A stretch of 62,977 nt of DNA, filler included. It is 7 parts of 7 records of this genome, joined end to end, with 100 filler letters (N's around TTAATTAATTAA, not from the genome) between each part and the next. Parts side by side here need not be neighbours in the genome. Positions count along the whole stretch, not along the records: positions 57,463 to 62,977 come from SRR31156797_18040; 6 more parts are not named here. One strand, given 5' to 3'. The notes beneath the pieces are model-generated. The model did not search any database. It saw only the letters and a program-made list of their open reading frames with translations, and was not told where the DNA came from. This document shows positions 59,251-62,977 of the stretch, one piece after another. How positions within the stretch are numbered: the stretch's first letter is position 1; every line of letters starts with the position of its first letter. The position numbers were made by a program, and so were the translations under genes.

Positions 59251-60147
59251 ATGTCAGAGTTATTGAAAATTCTCGGAACCCGGCATCCCGTTATTCAGGG
59301 GCCCATCGGCCAACTTAACAGTCCTGAAATGGTGGCCGCTGTTTCCGAGGCCGGCGGTTTCGGCGTGCTGGCGCTCGGTTTTATCAGAGATCTCGAAGCC
59401 ATAAAAAGAATGATCACTGAGATCCGTGATCTGACGGACAAGCCCTTCGGGGCCAATCTCATGATCGCAATGAACCCCGCCAACGAGCAGATTCTTGAGG
59501 TTCTGGCGGAAGCCGGGGTGAAGACCGTCACCACATCGGCCGGTTCCCCCAAAAAAATCTACCCCAAGATTCATGAATTGGGAATGAAAGGCCTGCATGT
59601 TGTTTTGGATTTCGCCTTCGCCCTGAAAGCGGCCGAGGCCGGCGCCGATGGTCTGGTTGTTTCCGGGAGCGAGTCGGGCGGCCTTCGGACCCTGGGTTCC
59701 GAATCCTCCAACATGGTCCTCATCCCCTTGGTCTGCGACCATGTAACGGTGCCCGTGGCGGCGGCCGGCGGCATCGCTGATTCCAGAGGCTATCGCGCCG
59801 CCCTGGCCCTGGGCGCCCAGGGCGTCCAGATCGGCACCCGCTTTCTGTCCGCCGCGGAAAGCCCGGCGCCGGAGGCCTGGAAGGAAGAGATTGTAAACTG
59901 CCCTGACGGGGGGACCACCCTGCTCCCTTTGGGCGGCATGAGTGTGCGGATCATCATCAATCCCGGCCTGGCCGAGAAGATGAACGATCCCAACATTGAC
60001 CTGTCCCGGGCCTACGATATGAATAATATGGGCAAGGCCTGGCGATCCGGGGATTTTGACCTCTTTCCGGCTGGAGGGGGCCAGGTCAGCGCCTCGATCA
60101 CGGAGATAAAATCGGTCAAGGACATTGTCCATGAGATGGTATCGTGA
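59251..60147 (+). CDS. nitronate monooxygenase / FabK-like FMN oxidoreductase
   Basis: AAVSEAGGFG, KPFGAN, AAGGIAD and GVQIGTRF. ATG at 59251 behind AGGAGG. Confidence 0.88.
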   Translation: MSELLKILGTRHPVIQGPIGQLNSPEMVAAVSEAGGFGVLALGFIRDLEAIKRMITEIRDLTDKPFGANLMIAMNPANEQILEVLAEAGVKTVTTSAGSPKKIYPKIHELGMKGLHVVLDFAFALKAAEAGADGLVVSGSESGGLRTLGSESSNMVLIPLVCDHVTVPVAAAGGIADSRGYRAALALGAQGVQIGTRFLSAAESPAPEAWKEEIVNCPDGGTTLLPLGGMSVRIIINPGLAEKMNDPNIDLSRAYDMNNMGKAWRSGDFDLFPAGGGQVSASITEIKSVKDIVHEMVS

Positions 60148-60231
60148 AACAAAATGATAGGACTCTCCAATGGAGGCGGATAACCCCGTTAAGAGGGCGA
60201 CGATATTTGATTTCAAATTAAAGGAGGGGAT

Positions 60232-61242
60232 ATGAAACTGGAAGATGGCCTCAAATCACTTGCCCTTGAGGAAGGGTGCATTCGGGCCGGAATCGCCCGC
60301 AGGGAAATCTTTTCGGAAGCGCCTCCCTCGGCGGACATGCGATACCTCAAGCCCTGGGCCGATTCGGTGGTTTCATTTGCCGTCACCACGGGAACCGGCT
60401 GGATTGAGGATTATCTCGGCAAGGCGACCCGGATGGTGATCAGAGACCATATGTATCATGTTTACCACGATCTGTACCGGATCGGCACGCTCATCGCCGA
60501 CCGGTTAAAGGCTGCTGGCTTCAAGGCTCACGCGATTGTCCCGAACGGGCTTTACCGGCCTGATCACACCTTTGAAAAAGAGATTCCCGATCACGATATA
60601 AAGCCGCCCCTGTCCTTGCGATACATGGCGGTGGGCGCGGGGGTCGGCGTATTCGGCTGGAGTGGGAATGTGATGGCGCCGGGGTACGGGTCCAATATCT
60701 ATCTGGGCGGCGTCTTGACCGACGCAGAACTCCAGCCGGACAGCCCCATGGAAGAAATCCTCTGCGACGGATGCCGTATTTGCGCCCGCGTTTGCCCGGT
60801 GGGCTTCATCCATGACGCCCCGAAAGAGAAGGCGAGCGTGACCATTGCAGGGCGCAAATACAGCTATAACAGGAAACGGGGGGATCTCCGATGCGTCATC
60901 GGCTGCGGCGGATTCACGGGGCTTTCCAAAGACGGCACATGGAGTTCCTGGTCCACGGGAAGGACGATCCTCCCGGATGAGAATGATGGTCTCCCGGAAC
61001 TCTTCGCCGCACTTCGCGATGATCCGGCAAACATCGCGGCCAAGCGCAACATCACCTTCGGGGAACGGGGCGTTTTGGATCGAAAAAAGGAGAACATCAA
61101 AACGACCTGCAATCACTGCATTACAGTCTGCAGCGGCCCGTTGGAAGTGCGGAAAAAATGGATGAAGCTATTGTTTGAATCAGGCGTTGTGGCGTTGGAT
61201 CCGCAAGGCAATGAAGTGGTCGCCAAGATTGACGAAAGCTGA
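60232..61242 (+). CDS. QueG/reductive dehalogenase-like cobalamin 4Fe-4S protein
   Basis: SLRYMAVGAGVG.FGWSGN...P.YGS...LGGVLTDAEL.PD, CxxCxxCxxxCP, and C...C...CxxCxxxC; no TAT signal. Confidence 0.82.
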   Translation: MKLEDGLKSLALEEGCIRAGIARREIFSEAPPSADMRYLKPWADSVVSFAVTTGTGWIEDYLGKATRMVIRDHMYHVYHDLYRIGTLIADRLKAAGFKAHAIVPNGLYRPDHTFEKEIPDHDIKPPLSLRYMAVGAGVGVFGWSGNVMAPGYGSNIYLGGVLTDAELQPDSPMEEILCDGCRICARVCPVGFIHDAPKEKASVTIAGRKYSYNRKRGDLRCVIGCGGFTGLSKDGTWSSWSTGRTILPDENDGLPELFAALRDDPANIAAKRNITFGERGVLDRKKENIKTTCNHCITVCSGPLEVRKKWMKLLFESGVVALDPQGNEVVAKIDES

Positions 61243-61329
61243 TCTTCACCTCGACTTCGGTGTTCGACCGGGACGTCGCCCGGGTCAGCCAGCCCTGCAG
61301 TTGTTGCGGGCACAGCCCACAATCTGTTC

Positions 61330-61430
61330 TTTTTATTCAAGCAGCCCATGCCCCGGTATTCGGGTTTCACAAAAGCCATGGCGATTTCAGTATCCTACAT
61401 GCCTTCCAAGGTGTGGAAGTGCCCCTCCAA
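61330..61430 (-). pseudogene. GNAT-like gene remnant
   Basis: LEGHFHTLEGM*DTEIAMAFVKPEYRGMGCLNK contains the acetyl-CoA motif V.PEYRG.G and an in-frame TAG. Confidence 0.4.
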
Positions 61431-61947
61431 AAAAACAACCCTTTACATTGGCGATCAATTATTGTAACCAGAAGGGAAAAAATACTGATTTTTTTACTTT
61501 TGCCATATCAGAAACGTTGATGGCATTTTGTTTGTCCATAAAAAAATGACGCATATCAATCCGGCAGTCCCGAATCTATCGATGTTAAATATTTCATCCG
61601 GTAGTTGTAATGAATCGTCGACACTACCGAGGTTCCCGGAAGCCCATCTTTTTTCTTGACAGAAGGCGTTTCTGTCATTTTGCCGGTTGTAGGGTAATCC
61701 CACCCATTATTCAACCTCTATTCAGGAGGTTTCGCATGGGAAGACACATCAAAACGCACATGGCTAACTCCCGATAGAACTGTAAATCAGTTTTGTAACA
61801 GTACCGTCTATTTACGAAAAAACGGCTCCTCCCAAAAAAATAATTATAACAAGAAATTCTTTTCTTAAAATCCGACAGCCTTTTCTGAATACTTGATCCG
61901 AACCTGGCGAAGCCCATCCGGAGGCTGAGAGATGGAAAGGAAGTGAC

Positions 61948-62934
61948 ATGGGAATAAAAAAGATATTTCTGTTGTTATATGCTGCGGCAATTCTTGTTCC
62001 AATAAACGTACATTCACAGGAGACGACAAAAGGCATCCGTTTAGGCTGCGAAACCAGTTTTTTGACGGCTCCCGTATGGATTGCCGAAAATAGAGGGTAT
62101 TTTCAAAAAGAGGGTCTCAAGGTAAAAATAACAGGGTTTGATTCCGGAAAAGCTTCTTTTGCCGCCATGCTGAACAACAAGAATATTGATATTTGCACTG
62201 TGGCTCAAACGCCCATCATGCTCCGCAGCTTTAGCAGAAATGATTTCGTCATTATTGCAGCGATGGTCTATTCGGACAATGATGTAAAAGTGCTTGTCCG
62301 CCGGGATAAAGGGATAAAGAAGCCTTCTGATTTATTGGGGAAGAAAGTGGGGCTAACCAAAGGTACCACAGGGCAGTTTTTCCTGGACCTGTTTTTGACC
62401 CATAAGGGGATTGAATCTTCCCGGGTTGAAACCATTGATTTACAACCATCGAAATTGCCTCAGGGACTGGTGGAGGGACGAGTAGATGCAATATGTACAT
62501 GGGAACCCCATATTCAAAATGCCAAAAAGCTATTGGGCGATAAAGCGCTCATCCTGCCCAGCCGCGGTATTTATCGAGAAGATTTTTATTTTGCAGCCGA
62601 CAGGAAATTTGCAAAAAACAATCCGGAGGCATTAAAGGCATTCTTGAAAGCCATCGAAAAAGGAGAGCGGTTTATCAACGAAAACAAAGACGAATCCATT
62701 AATATCGTTTCAGAACGCTTAAAATTGGACAGGGCACTCACAGCTTTGATCTGGGGAGAGTTCAGCTTTGAGTTAATGCTGGATCAAAGCATATTAACAT
62801 CTCTGGAAGACGAAGCGCGGTGGGCAATAAAGGAGGGCTTAACGCATAAGAAAGAGATCCCCAATTATCTGGGTTTTATTTTTTTGGATGCATTGGAGCA
62901 GGTAAAACCGGAGGCGGTGACCATCATACGATAA
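61948..62934 (+). CDS. SsuA/NrtA/THI5-like substrate-binding protein
   Basis: Signal peptide, WIAE..GYF..EGL, DLLGKKVG..KGT, G.VDAICTWEP and LEDEARW. Confidence 0.88.
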   Translation: MGIKKIFLLLYAAAILVPINVHSQETTKGIRLGCETSFLTAPVWIAENRGYFQKEGLKVKITGFDSGKASFAAMLNNKNIDICTVAQTPIMLRSFSRNDFVIIAAMVYSDNDVKVLVRRDKGIKKPSDLLGKKVGLTKGTTGQFFLDLFLTHKGIESSRVETIDLQPSKLPQGLVEGRVDAICTWEPHIQNAKKLLGDKALILPSRGIYREDFYFAADRKFAKNNPEALKAFLKAIEKGERFINENKDESINIVSERLKLDRALTALIWGEFSFELMLDQSILTSLEDEARWAIKEGLTHKKEIPNYLGFIFLDALEQVKPEAVTIIR

Positions 62935-62977
62935 ATACAGAGAGATACTAAGGGCAGACTCAATATTAACTTACCAC

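Noticed and set aside
60232-61242. Respiratory reductive dehalogenase or canonical queG call
   Set aside because: The protein has no TAT signal or RdhB, is short, and has no queuosine context, so it is kept at superfamily level.

Overview
The window is not one locus. It is seven unrelated fragments joined by 100-bp artificial spacers (44 N + TTAATTAATTAA + 44 N), so it looks like a metagenomic or bin concatenation. Taxonomy below is inferred from gene content and promoter style. (1) 1-20125 is Enterococcus-like core chromosome: Val T-box, tpx, rex, thiI, cysteine desulfurase, ezrA, aspartokinase, asparaginase, tcyP, pepC, GntR plus membrane protein, and the end of tRNA-Asn. (2) 20226-25521 is AT-rich and Fusobacteria-like: end of tRNA-Leu, tRNA-Arg(UCG) and oppABCD'. 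(3) 25622-32816 is FCB/Marinimicrobia-like: SSS and MFS transporters, an ECF sigma pair, a GTAG REP, PerR/Fur with a peroxiredoxin separated by a purine-rich octamer tract, and a secreted CTD protein. (4) 32917-45493 is Bacteroidetes (Marinifilaceae-like): end of tRNA-Trp, a repeat-flanked GIY-YIG cassette, an MsbA-like ABC transporter, purB, nfeD, a FadD-like ligase, a DnaQ-like exonuclease and dnaN'. (5) 45594-51555 is Campylobacterota (Arcobacter/Sulfurimonas-like): tRNA-Arg(UCU), two unannotated small proteins, two candidate sRNAs, mltB, a Cys-free S1 protease-Calx-beta module with DUF6447, and an MNT-HEPN pair bracketed by GACCCCTA motifs. (6) 51656-57362 is Desulfobacterota-like: a HAAT ABC transporter-creatininase-asparaginase-asnS operon. 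(7) 57463-62977 is Desulfobacterota-like: MarR, a polyferredoxin-like protein, a His-less NMO/FabK-like flavoprotein, a QueG/RdhA-like corrinoid Fe-S protein and an SsuA-like binding protein. The best candidates for undescribed systems are the repeat-bounded GIY-YIG cassette next to a tRNA, the GACCCCTA-delimited toxin-antitoxin cassette region, and the sigma54-driven anti-Shine-Dalgarno sRNA lying between two small-protein genes.
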